Positions 29,934 through 40,725 of a stretch of 64,000 bases of DNA are shown here, in pieces; the first letter of the stretch is position 1; every line of letters starts with the position of its first letter. The notes below the pieces were generated by a model. That model made no database searches. It saw only the letters and a program-made list of their open reading frames with translations, and had not been told where the DNA came from. The translations under genes were made by a program, and so were the position numbers. Source of the DNA: a virus (taxonomy: Duplodnaviria; Caudoviricetes). Location of the stretch: IMG/VR virus record IMGVR_UViG_3300005973_000002. One strand, written 5' to 3'.

Positions 29934-31989
29934 CTACCTCGGAAGACCATATTCTACACGACAAGAGACGTTGTTTAACTGTATTCGTCTACGTTCCTGG
30001 TTGTAGAAAACGATTCCTTCACCATTGTGTTTCACAAGATAGCGAAACCGACCATTGTGACAGCGAACATCTTCATCATTTTGGCTACAGTAAGTGGCCT
30101 CAGACTCAATGGGTTGACATATCACCGTTCCAGCGTTGCTGGGGTCTTCCATGTGATCATACCTAATGGTATGAAAAATTGCAATAGCAAAAACTATGAA
30201 AATGTTTACCAGAAAAATAGAAACAAAATACTTTTTCACGAACTTCATTCCTGACCCAATTCTTCGATAAAGTCTGGTCCTAATACCAGTACCTTGTAGA
30301 TTTCCTCAAAACCTTCTGACAACCCTTCTAACTTTGCAGCTCTTATGGGGTCGGCACAAATATCAGCCGTCTCACGGACTCGCACAGAGCGTTTGCGCAG
30401 CCATCTACGCAGCAGTTTCACTTGTTTGTCGGTCAGTGCCATAGAATATAAAACGTTATTAACTTTTAGTCGTCCAATTTAATCTTAAAAACACTGGCCA
30501 TTGCATAAATGACGCTCTGTTTGATGATGACATCTTCGTTGTCAATGCCAGAGTTAACCTTTTCAAGAGAAAGTCTGAGTGTTGTTGGACGTTGCTCAGC
30601 AGGAACCATAAGGATAGAGTATATACTAAAAGAATACATCGGAAAGACAACAATTGGCGTGAGCAAGAAGCTCAACGGAGAAAAAGAACGCCAAATGGCG
30701 TTTGTGGCACCCAACTTCTTCATATATCGAAGAGATTGGATATGCACTATCAGTCCTGGCAAAAGGAACAGCAAAGCAAAAAATACCAAAGCCGAAATCA
30801 GCATAATAACCTCCTAACAATAACACTCATACATTGGTTTACGACACCTGTTACAGGTTCTGGAATTCTTCCTTTTGAAGATTTCCCAGCAAACTTTGCA
30901 ATAAGTTCCTGCAAAATGACGACCTACCGGTGGATTAGGAAGTTCTTTTTTGCAGGTCGAGCAAATATACAAGTCTTCTTTGGCGAACTTAATCAAGTTA
31001 AATAGCGTTACCACGAAAAGAGGGGCTCCTTCTTCAACCAAATTATCAAAACTGGAAATGCCAAAGGGACCTTCCTTACCCAAGGCTGACATGCCATCGT
31101 CCGCCCAACGGTCAAAGACTATTGTGGTGTTTGGAAAACCTTCTTTATTCTCACAAGATACAGAAACCATTATAGTAACATAATTTTTTTTATCCCCCCC
31201 AGGTGGTTTTTCTCTACCAACACATTCACCAGTAACAACATTGTAGGAAAGTGTGCGATTGACAGTGACAGAACGATATTTGGCGGGGTGATACGGGTTT
31301 TCCCTTAAAGAAAGGATTTTTTCCTTGGCCTGACTCATTACCCAAATTGATGGGCTTTGATCACCAATCATGCATCGTGTACATAATTCGTATTCGCCAT
31401 AACCTGACCAACATTGGTTTTCACAATTTTTGCAAATATTTGGCATTTAGTTTTCTAACATCAAAGATTTTATAAAATCTTGTCAAAACTCAACTGGTTT
31501 AGTTGCCTTTTCAGTTTTCTCCATAAGTGGCTGTGACGCTTTTTCAAAAACAGAGACAGTGCGAGGATTGTGCTTCAATCTATCATAGAAATTGAGTATA
31601 GGTGTGAAGATAATTCCAAGGAAAATAAACACAACCATGATAGTATAAATAGGCAAAGCAATAATGGCAGATGGTAGTATCAGCAATGCGTGATGCCATT
31701 CTACCAAATAAAATTTATCGTTCATTAATTTGGCTACTGTTTCGTTTGTAAATTTACAACAAAAACTCGCAGACCAAAGAATGCCAGCCAAGCCCCCAAT
31801 AAAGCCAATGACGGCACTCATGAACCAAATTAGCATCATGGCGTTAGCCATTGATTTGCCAACCAAGGCGAAAAGCAGACTTGATTTGAATCCAGTGCCC
31901 AGCACAAAGACCCAAGATACGGGGATTGCTGACAATACTGTTGCCAAAATAACCAGCAACAAAGCTCTAACAATGTTCAGTCGGTACAT
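29934..31989 (-). CDS. Small membrane and zinc-finger hypothetical ORFs (29934-30248, 30245-30442, 30466-30804, 30814-31446, 31483-31989)
   Basis: TM helices in several; multiple CxxC pairs in 30814-31446. Confidence 0.55.
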
Positions 31990-31996
31990 ATTATCT

Positions 31997-33412
31997 TTAC
32001 AATAGTGTTGGAAATAGAACTACATCACGGAGAGTGGTTTGGTTAGTCATAATGGCAACAAATCTGTCCACTCCCATTCCCAAGCCTGAACAAGGTGGCA
32101 TGCCATATTCCATGCACTCAAGAAAATCTTCCTCAAGCATCATGGCCTCGTCATCGCCGTCCTCACGGGCAGCCATCTGTTCCTCCAACAACTGTCGCTG
32201 TAGAACAGCGTCAGTAAGCTCCGTGTAACACTTCACAAGCTCCCAGCCATTGACAATAAACTGCCACTGCTCGACCGTGCGGCCGTCTTCGCTTCGCTGT
32301 GCGAGAGGACTCATGTGAGCCGGGTAATCCTTGAGGAAAATCGGCTGAACAAGGTTTGGCCGCACCTTCTCCTTAAACATTTCGTCGATTTCCTTTGCAG
32401 AACTCAACGACCAGGGCGAAATTCCAGTATATTGCTCAAATACCGCAGCATAAGACCTTACCGGAGGATCGGTAAAATCAAGCTTGGTCCCCTGATATTC
32501 GACAATCATCCTCTTAATAAGAGGAGAAGCGGGATCGTTTGAATATTCATGACCGGCCGCAAAGAAAAGGTAAGACAAAAGCATCTTAAACAACTCAAGG
32601 TTGTCCATATAACTCATGTAAGCGCCATACCACTCAACCGAGGTAAACTCCTGCAAGTGGGAAGGATCGACCCCTTCATTGCGAAAGTTCTTTCCGATCT
32701 CATACACTCGATCAAAAGAAGCTGCAACAGCACGCTTCAAGTAAGTCTCAGGTGCAATACGAAGATAAAGATCGGCATCCAGTGCATGATGATGCGTCTG
32801 AAAAGGACGAGCCTGGGCTCCTGAAGCCCGAGTCTGTAAGATCGGGGTTTCCACTTCCATGAAACCGTAGCGCTCCAGAAACTTACGAAGCTCCGAAACA
32901 ATCCGAGAACGGGTCACGAAAACCTGCTTCACATCAGGGTTCATGACAATATCAAGGTAACGCTTACGAAGACGTAGCTCCGGATCAACAATTCCATCAA
33001 CCTTATTTGGGAAGGGATGGATTGGATCACGGAGAACCTTGAAAGCACGGTTTACCAAAACCGTCTTCTCGCCAGTAGTGGAAGTCCACATTTCACCTTC
33101 AATGGTGATAATACTGCCCATCTTTACAGCCTTCATCCACCCCTTGAAGCTTTCGGGGGTTTCACGCTTGTTGAAACAAAACTGAATCTTTCCAGACTGA
33201 TCGACAAGCTTTCCGAAAGCAATGGAGCCAAGTCGTCGAAAATTAACAACCCGACCCGCAAGAGTAACAGCGTGGCCGTCCCTAAGCTCAAGAGCATTGC
33301 TGGCCATCCAAGTTTGGTAGACGCCCTTTTCCACAAACTCCGAAAACTTCGGCTTGCGGACGGTCTCGGCCAACTGTTCAAGAGTACCTTCTTCATTACT
33401 TAGAGTAGACAT
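31997..33412 (-). CDS. lysS: Lysyl-tRNA synthetase, class II
   Basis: OB-fold AGRV..GSIAF, RLRKRYLD, EVETPILQ, YLRIAPETYLKR, FRNEG..HLQEFT, EYGMPPCSGLGMGVDRF. Confidence 0.95.
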   Translation of the reverse strand: MSTLSNEEGTLEQLAETVRKPKFSEFVEKGVYQTWMASNALELRDGHAVTLAGRVVNFRRLGSIAFGKLVDQSGKIQFCFNKRETPESFKGWMKAVKMGSIITIEGEMWTSTTGEKTVLVNRAFKVLRDPIHPFPNKVDGIVDPELRLRKRYLDIVMNPDVKQVFVTRSRIVSELRKFLERYGFMEVETPILQTRASGAQARPFQTHHHALDADLYLRIAPETYLKRAVAASFDRVYEIGKNFRNEGVDPSHLQEFTSVEWYGAYMSYMDNLELFKMLLSYLFFAAGHEYSNDPASPLIKRMIVEYQGTKLDFTDPPVRSYAAVFEQYTGISPWSLSSAKEIDEMFKEKVRPNLVQPIFLKDYPAHMSPLAQRSEDGRTVEQWQFIVNGWELVKCYTELTDAVLQRQLLEEQMAAREDGDDEAMMLEEDFLECMEYGMPPCSGLGMGVDRFVAIMTNQTTLRDVVLFPTLL

Positions 33413-33441
33413 ATCTCTCCCTTTGCTTGGGTTACCTACTC

Positions 33442-33470
33442 AGCATACCATGGGGAAGTTCTAACCTAAA
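33442..33470 (-). promoter_or_regulatory. sigma70-like promoter for lysS
   Basis: TTTAGG (33470-33465), 17 nt, TGG-TATGCT (33447-33442); GGAG SD follows. Confidence 0.55.
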
Positions 33471-33485
33471 CCGGTTATATAAAAT

Positions 33486-34872
33486 TCAGTGGGGGATGAT
33501 TTTCATGCGATGATTTTCCATCATTGCATCTATTTTAGGCAACAAATCCATTGCTTTCCTGGTCATTTCTTCCAGCGAAAAGTTTTTAATCGGAGTATCC
33601 GTGCAATAAACAAGAAAACTTCTATATTGTTGCAATATTGGGATTGGATTGCCGTCATAAGTTGGTAGTTCAATTGGCTCAAGCTGAGCTTTAGTGGTCC
33701 ACCAATATTGGTTGTCTGGTGTTAAAATTTTAACATGGTTTCGCTTTTCATCTACTACCAAAACCGAGTCAGGAAGTTTGGATTCGTTTACAAAACTTTT
33801 CCTTCCTCTCACATCGTTTCCGTAGACTTGTTTGCCCATTATGGCGAATCTTGGATTGTTGCAAATGCGTTCAGTAAATTTAAAAAAATGCCCAACGTAG
33901 GGTTTAAATTTTAATTCTTTTGGCTTTGCCACTATTTTCCTCCAATTAGGTCAAAAAACTGCTGTTCAGTAATGATATCAACTCCAAGTTTCATAGCCTT
34001 CTTTAACTTTGTTGATTTTTCAGAGTGGGTTGGGCTTCCTACAATCAAATAATCACAATATTTAGAAATGTGAGATTTAAATTTACCGCCCTTAAGCTTG
34101 ATTAGATTTTTGAAATAATCACGAGACACTGAAAGGTCTCCAGTGATTGCAAAAGATTTACCACCGAAATCATTATTAATTTTTATTAAACGGAGGGTGT
34201 CAGTAGTAACGAACGTTGTTTGCTCATCCCAAATTATTTTTACGAATTTATTATCCACCTGCTCTATTATTAGAGCAACAGTACCAGCAGGAATTGTTTC
34301 TCTTCCAGTCCAAAGATCGGGAGATTTGAGCGCATGGGTTTTTTGCGTGGTGATGGCTACCCTACCAACCAGATCAATTGAACCAACTAATCGTCTAAGG
34401 TTTTGATTTTCAATCGTCATTATTTATTTTTCTTATTGGTAGGGCTTATTTCATCTGCATATTGCCTGAGCAAATAAGCGACTCGCTCTATTTCTTCAGC
34501 ATAATTTGAAAGAGCTTCAAAGTCTTCTTCTTTGCTTTTCATCTCTCCAGCAAGAAAAAGTAATTCCTGGATACACTCTGATATGTTATCCACTTCTTTA
34601 AAGAGGCCGTTCTTGACTTCTTTATGGAGGAAGAATTTTGGAATCCACACAAAGGAACCAGTTGCGAGTGTGACTTTTACTCTAGTGTTGCTTTCATCTG
34701 TAACAAGAACAGCTTCGCCAAAATCTGACAAATCAAGACAAATACGTGTTTTATTTTCATGGAAACAGGGAATATCTTTATGTTGCCGCAATGTAAAAAC
34801 ACGTCCTATGAATGGTTTAAGATAAGGTTCATCTCTCTTCTTAGCAGGCATCCTAAATCCCAAAAAAAGCAA
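33486..34872 (-). CDS. Three tandem SH3/KOW-like paralogs; the middle one (33932-34420) is fused to a BRCT domain
   Basis: Shared VLV.(D/E)...VK(I/V)...(W/F) pattern; FGGKSFAITG..GGKFKSHISK.CDYLIVG..KLKKA..LGVDII BRCT signature. Confidence 0.65.
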
Positions 34873-34935
34873 TCAACAACGTTTGTTGACCATTGCTTAA
34901 ATATCCTGTGTTTTTACTGACAAAGAGGAAAAATT

Positions 34936-37622
34936 CTAATGCATCCAAAACCAAAAACTTATTTTCGTCTTAAGTGACAACGATTTACACTTGTCAGCTT
35001 GAATATAGATTCTTCTACCTCCCCAATCCATAAGCCACAATTCAAAGTTGTGATAACAGTGTTTATCGAGCAATGTGAGATATCGACCAACCGGCACGAA
35101 TACGTGGTCATTTGACCCAGAATGCAAAAATCCCCAGGCCCAAGCACCATCATCTTTGACTTGGTGAGTTACAAGTCCCAACTTTACGTGGAACCATACC
35201 CAAATTTTAAATAACCACTGTCGCATTATATTAGTTTTCACGCATATCATATTCGGCATTGTCGCACATGGACACACGTGCCTCAACATCAAAATGTGGG
35301 CTATAAATACGACGTCCACGGTACGTGAATTTTTCACGGACTTCATGCTCCATTGCAACCTTGCAAGCCTTCCAAGCTGTTTCTACGATTTCTGTGATAG
35401 TTGAATATGGCGACAAATACCACTTGCGACAATGCTGTGGGATGGGACCAGCCTCAGGATTCTCAACATCGATGTCCATGAAAACCCATTGAAGAAGAAA
35501 CCCGTCCCCCTTTTCCATGAGACGAAGCTCCCAACCCATAAATTGGATATTCTTTAAGATTATCTGAACTTCGTCAATACTCTTTCGTCGTTGAACTATG
35601 CTTGCCTCAAAAAATTTCGCTATAATGGTTGATAATGCTAGCGCCACGCTTGGCAAAATATTGCCGAATTTTAATATAAACCTCAGCGAGGTTATCATTG
35701 GTTGAGTTTAGTCCACCTCTCGAATCCAACCCATCGCTGATTTCAACCCACTCAACCGTAGAATCGTCAGGGTTTGGGATGCATTCTTCAGTGGAATAAA
35801 ATCCAGAAACATAAAGCCTGTCTGAACAGCCCACAACATGAACAATAACCTCTGTCGTGTCATAATCACCACCGGGTTGGGTAGAAGCAACCTTTTTGAC
35901 CTTGCTGATCTTGCTAAGCTCGTCGATAACCTCACTTGTCTTCCAGTAATACACAGTATCTCCTAAGGTATTCTTTAGTTAAGATCCTATTCTTAACAAG
36001 AAAATGCTCAAAATTTAAAGCAGAAGTAAAATAAACACCGTCATTGTAAATGACTCGTACCCAATTTGTAGCACCTAATTCAGATGCGCCAAGGTACATT
36101 ACCCAAGGCTGTCCTTCTATGGTTATGACGTTCGTAAATTTGCTTCTGATCTCACCTAACTTGCCAGGCGATGGTTCTTTAACCAAGGTAAACAATCTAC
36201 CTTGACCCATGTCGCCGAAGTGGCCGGTCATCTGATACAACTTTCCAGGCTTTAGGACATTGGTAATTTCACCAATAACAAAATCATCAATTTTACCAGA
36301 TGAGTGACTCACAGTAATTTACTCACACCAACTTGATGTCATAGATAGACAACTTTCCACCAGCAATTGGGATATCAATCAATTCAGTCTTGTCGGTCTT
36401 AATTCCAAGTGGCAAACGTTCATCTTTATCGGTTGGGATGTGGATTTTATCCTCAAGTGGGTGTTTGGTAACAATCATGGTTTTGTCTCTAGAACCTTGC
36501 ATGTCGTATCCGGCAAACATGCCAAACACATAATAGAAAGGATTCGGCACTGTAACTTTGTATCGAGAATCGTTTTCCCGAGCTTCCTTCCATGAATCGG
36601 CCACGAGCGATTCAAAGAAGTATTTTGGCATATAACGATATAGTCTCTGCCCATTCCATCCGGGACCGACGGGACCACTTGTTACTGTGTGCGGAAACCC
36701 AGGATTGTAACTAGGATCCATTTTCTGGACTTCCTTGAGTTTACGAACCTGCAAAGGCCCCTCGTAGGACAGTTCAGGATCTTCATGTTCAAACTTTACC
36801 CAATACTTCTGACCATAACCATTACGACGCTTAATCATAGCAAGCGTTGCGGGTTCACTGTGATCTTCCTGAGCTTCCGCAGAAATTGAAGTATCGTTGA
36901 CCACAGTGAAGTTTGCATAGTTGAAATCAGCAAGCTTTACCCAGAAACGTCCATAATTGTTTCTGTTTCCTTTGGCTTTAACCAAAGCTTGATCTGTAGT
37001 TTCGATAATTTTGAGCGTTACACTCGAAAATTCCTTAAGGCCCTTTCGAACATAAATGCGATCGACTTCAAGTTTTGTTCCAGCTGGAAGTGTTCTCGAA
37101 TAGGAATCAAGCTCGTTTTGCCAGCTATAACTGGTATTTCGACCATCGGCAAGTGCGACATCACTGTTGCGATGTTCAAGATAAAGCTCGAACGTCCAGT
37201 CTTTTTCGACTTTAAGCTCAGAGCCAAGTTCGGGAATAAATGCCTTCATGTCAAGACTCCAGGTATTTCTCTAGTTCAACCAGAACCTTGTTGGCAATTT
37301 CTTCTGCTGAATCATCTTCAACTTCATCAGCCAACGTAAGCTCATAGAAAACATCATCCCCTCCATGATCAAGGGTGATGTTATACTTTTCCTCAAGAGA
37401 GGAAACCAGCTTGCCAAATTCTTCTGCGAAGAAGATGTTTTCAGGATGATATTGGTTGCTCACAAGCGACCTTTCCTCGATATCATTCTCATCTTCTTCA
37501 GCAAAAGGATTCCATTCGGTCCACAGGACTCGTAGTTTTAGGTTGTGGGTCTGCATCTTATTCTCCCAATACAATTTTGTCGAACGCTTTACTCTTTTTT
37601 GAGGTTGAAGTTGTAGACACAA
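34936..37622 (-). CDS. Run of hypothetical ORFs (35231-35698, 35607-35954, 35932-36312, 36323-37249, 37251-37622 and others)
   Basis: Contiguous ORFs; no function recognised. Confidence 0.55.
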
Positions 37623-38326
37623 CAGTCAAGTCCAATGGCAACTTCGAGCACCAACAGATCTTTTTCTACAACTTTGTTTTTTGCCTGAAACTTTGCCCTG
37701 ATAGGAAAATCAGTTCGCAGAGAAATCGAACAGACCTCCATCCACTTGTCGCCATTATCAACCTCAACATCCATTGTTTTTTGGCTGTAAGATGGAAGAC
37801 GGTCAGAAACAACAATTCTAGTTGGCAAATGAACCATTTCTGCAATCATTTTTCGAACAGGTTCTAGCACTGCCGAATGATAGTCATTTAGTGTATCTGC
37901 TGTAAAAATGCACTGAAATTCCTGCTGATAAAACTCTTTCAGCCGCATGTTTTTGGTAACCTGGTCCTGTTCCCGTCGAAAACTTTTACCGGTCTGCCAA
38001 ACCACAAAAGGTGGGCGAGTTGGCTTTGAAAGTCCCCGGAGTAGATGGGCTGCGTATGCATACGAACCAGGCGTGGTTTCAGGTCGTAGAACGAGTCCAG
38101 GATTTTCCCCTTCTTGAAACCAAACATCCTCACGTGTATAGTTTGGGTTAATCAGAGTTTCAGGAGTAAGGATGGGAGTTTCAACCTGAAAAAAAGCCCA
38201 GGCCGGATTCATTTCGAGCAATGCCGTCTTTAGTTCAGCCAAAAAGTGTTGCTCAAACACTCTTCGTAGTCTGATTTCACGTTCAGACCAGAAAATAAGA
38301 CCGTTGCTGTTGTACAGGCTATCCAT
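37589..38326 (-). CDS. Glycyl-tRNA synthetase-like class II aaRS catalytic core lacking an anticodon-binding domain
   Basis: VETPIL, LRPETT, motif 2 GKSFRRE..MRLKEFYQQEFQ, MEVCSIS, motif 3 AIGLD; ends at 245 aa. Confidence 0.8.
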   Translation of the reverse strand: MDSLYNSNGLIFWSEREIRLRRVFEQHFLAELKTALLEMNPAWAFFQVETPILTPETLINPNYTREDVWFQEGENPGLVLRPETTPGSYAYAAHLLRGLSKPTRPPFVVWQTGKSFRREQDQVTKNMRLKEFYQQEFQCIFTADTLNDYHSAVLEPVRKMIAEMVHLPTRIVVSDRLPSYSQKTMDVEVDNGDKWMEVCSISLRTDFPIRAKFQAKNKVVEKDLLVLEVAIGLDCCVYNFNLKKE

Positions 38327-38333
38327 TGACTAG

Positions 38334-38362
38334 AGAGTATCATCACTTCGTCGAAATGAGAA
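38334..38362 (-). promoter_or_regulatory. sigma70-like promoter, probably leaderless
   Basis: TTCTCA (38362-38357), 17 nt, TGn-TACTCT (38339-38334), 7 nt, ATG 38326. Confidence 0.55.
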
Positions 38363-38609
38363 CCACTTTACAATATTAGAGGTTTCTTAAAGCTTCGGGC
38401 ACACACTGCATACCACGGGTGACCCATTGTTCGATTTCTGGACTTCCAAATTCAAAGCAGCCTTCCCAGCGGGTCTGAATCCAAGCTCTAAAAGAAGCAA
38501 TGCTTTCTTTAGCTGGGTCGCCTTTTCAGGTACCTTGCACACTCCGAACAGAACCCAAAACCAAACCATCGTCCGAACAATAGAAATTCGAACATTATTC
38601 CTTCTTCAC

Positions 38610-38637
38610 AAAAAAAGGACGCCGAAGCGTCCTTTTT
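38610..38637. terminator. Rho-independent terminator after the split ligase C-part
   Basis: AAAAAGGACGC-CGAA-GCGTCCTTTTT. Confidence 0.8.
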
Positions 38638-39365
38638 CAGTTGTATTCTGTTCCGCCCTTACGGGTGAGGTAATCACCGCTAACAGACTTTAGCTGAACA
38701 CGGCCAATTTCTTCGCTCCAGCGTTCTACCGTAGGTCGAACAACAACACCCTCACGGATATGCATTTCCTTACCGGAAATAGTCTCGAAGCCGTCAGTGT
38801 ACTCGTACAAAACCTTCTTCGAGAAGGGCCCACGGTAAAGCACCGGAACACGCTGAAGACCAAGTCTCTTGCAAGCCGCATCAAGCTCAGAGTCGTTCAA
38901 ATAACTGCCAGACCCTGGACGTCCAACATAAATATCAAATACTCTAAAACCGATCTCGACGTCCTTGTCGGCAGAACTGCCATAAGAAAGGTCCTGAACA
39001 CCACGTCCAAAAATCTCTCCAAGAACGTAAACCGGCTGTGGATCGAAATCGTGTTTTAGCTGATGACCAAAAGCAAATGAAATACGGTTGTCCATGTTGT
39101 AGTGTCGAGCGACACGCACGTATAGATTCGTCTTGTTGGCTTCGGCATCATACTTCATCGCCAGTCCACGAGCCGAAAGACCCTTGGATGAGATAATGAG
39201 ACGGCCCTCCTCGGGATGGGCATCCCTCGGCGGCATAAGGCCAATCATACACCAGGTGTTATGAACAACAATGCCTTCAGCAATATAGTTGTTGTTGCCA
39301 CCATCAATCTCTAAATCATAGAGATCACTATCACTTTCAACATACTCAATCTTAACACAGCGCAT
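38637..39365 (-). CDS. C-part of a fractured RNA ligase (DRB0094-like): 36-aa intein C-half plus C-extein
   Basis: MRCVKI..LYDLEI..NYIAEGIVVHN|T then ligase motifs VLGEIFG, FRVFDI, REGVVVR, LKSVSGDYL. Confidence 0.85.
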   Translation of the reverse strand: MRCVKIEYVESDSDLYDLEIDGGNNNYIAEGIVVHNTWCMIGLMPPRDAHPEEGRLIISSKGLSARGLAMKYDAEANKTNLYVRVARHYNMDNRISFAFGHQLKHDFDPQPVYVLGEIFGRGVQDLSYGSSADKDVEIGFRVFDIYVGRPGSGSYLNDSELDAACKRLGLQRVPVLYRGPFSKKVLYEYTDGFETISGKEMHIREGVVVRPTVERWSEEIGRVQLKSVSGDYLTRKGGTEYN

Positions 39366-39651
39366 TTTTTACTCTTTCTATCGTTTTTTCTTTTTGATTG
39401 TTCCAATCACTTTCCCAAACAATTAGAACTTTGTACCCTCTTTTGAGCAAGGCGGCGGTGCGCCTTTTATCTCTTTTCCATTGTTGCCCAACAGTCCTGG
39501 AAATCCAAGAGCAATATTCGCTTGGGTCGTGAAATTTTGTTGGATTACAATGGAACATATCTCCATAGAATTCCAAGATAACTTTCTCACTTTTCAACAA
39601 GCCGTCTACGATAAACCCTGATATAATTTCTTCACGATTTGACGCCTGCAT
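39352..39651 (-). mobile_element. Vsr/DUF559-like endonuclease ORF between the split intein halves
   Basis: IVDGL..ILEFYGDMFHCNP..RD..R..GYKVLIVWESDW; different frame from both flanking ORFs. Confidence 0.8.
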
Positions 39652-39659
39652 GGGACTTG

Positions 39660-40454
39660 CTACATGATTGGACTTTCAATATCTTCATCAGGCAAAAGTT
39701 TGCCAGCTTCCACCCACATTTGTCGGTCACGTGAATAAACGGGGTGATCCTCGGTTAAGGTGAGAGTAGAACCGTTTTCTAAGGTAAGCTTTACCCATTT
39801 TTTATCTTCACTGTTTAGCCGACGCATGCGACCAGTAATAGGTCGCTCAATATATTCCTTGCTTTGTTCATTATAAGATAAAACCGACTGAATTGTTTTA
39901 TCAGCCACTACTTCTGCGATAGACCGCTCGCTTCCATCTACAAGTCGGACCATACTTGCTTCATGCAAGCATCCATGAAGTTTCTCAGTGAAAACAACCT
40001 CTTCACCTTCCTCAAGAATGTGAGGAAAACGCTTAAAATTTTCGATATCGTACTTCAAGGTACGGTCCTGACCAGCAGCGAACACCTCACCGGAAAGATG
40101 GGCCGGAATTGGAGGCTCCCACTTGGTAATTCCAAGAATATTAGCAACATCAGCACCCTCTTGCCACTCAGGACGTGCAGGATACACAAGTCCCTGTGAA
40201 AGGATGCCACGAAGACGAATGGCCTTTACACGATTCTTTGCCTTTCCGGCAAGCTTACCCTCAAGACCCATTTCACGGAGGAGAGCCTGAGGAACGACAG
40301 CCTGTTCTGGAATGTAGGCAACGAGATCACCGCTCTTAAACTGGTCCTTGCGGACAATTGCTTGGTAATCGCCCACCTGGGCGAGTTCTAAAGCATCAGC
40401 ATTGGGGTGTTCAAGAACAGTAATCCGTTCGACAGTTACAGAAAAAGTTGACAT
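39660..40454 (-). CDS. N-part of a fractured RNA ligase: N-extein (aa 1-161) plus 103-aa intein N-half
   Basis: EHPNADALELAQV, RVKAIRLRGILSQGL, motif I TEKLHG|CLHEAS.., block B LTLTEDHPVY. Confidence 0.9.
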   Translation of the reverse strand: MSTFSVTVERITVLEHPNADALELAQVGDYQAIVRKDQFKSGDLVAYIPEQAVVPQALLREMGLEGKLAGKAKNRVKAIRLRGILSQGLVYPARPEWQEGADVANILGITKWEPPIPAHLSGEVFAAGQDRTLKYDIENFKRFPHILEEGEEVVFTEKLHGCLHEASMVRLVDGSERSIAEVVADKTIQSVLSYNEQSKEYIERPITGRMRRLNSEDKKWVKLTLENGSTLTLTEDHPVYSRDRQMWVEAGKLLPDEDIESPIM

Positions 40455-40499
40455 AAATTCCTCTAATGAGTTGGTTAAGAACCATTAATCACTAAGAAG

Positions 40500-40679
40500 T
40501 TATTGACTTAACTTTTCGATTACGAAAACGCCTAAAAATATGAACCCGATGTAACCCCCGACTGACAGAATTATCAGCGGGAACATCCGCAACACCAGGA
40601 GAAACAGAGCTATATAACATATAGCACATGCCACCAAGGATGTAAACACGAAAAGGGTACTTGGTGAATATTTCCTCAC
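40500..40679 (-). CDS. Small two-helix membrane protein (59 aa, GTG start; not in the ORF track)
   Basis: MRKYSPSTLFVFTSLVACAICYIALFLLVLRMFPLIILSVGGYIGFIFLGVFVIEKLSQ, translated manually. Confidence 0.5.
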   Translation of the reverse strand: MRKYSPSTLFVFTSLVACAICYIALFLLVLRMFPLIILSVGGYIGFIFLGVFVIEKLSQ

Positions 40680-40725
40680 GTGTCCCGCCGGGACACATTT
40701 CTGCCCCTCATTTAATAACTAGTTT

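Noticed and set aside
39352-39660. Programmed frameshifting joining the three ligase/intein ORFs
   Set aside because: It would need a -1 and a +1 shift exactly at domain borders, with no canonical slippery heptamer at the first; fragment sizes already match natural split inteins. Still worth a read-level check.
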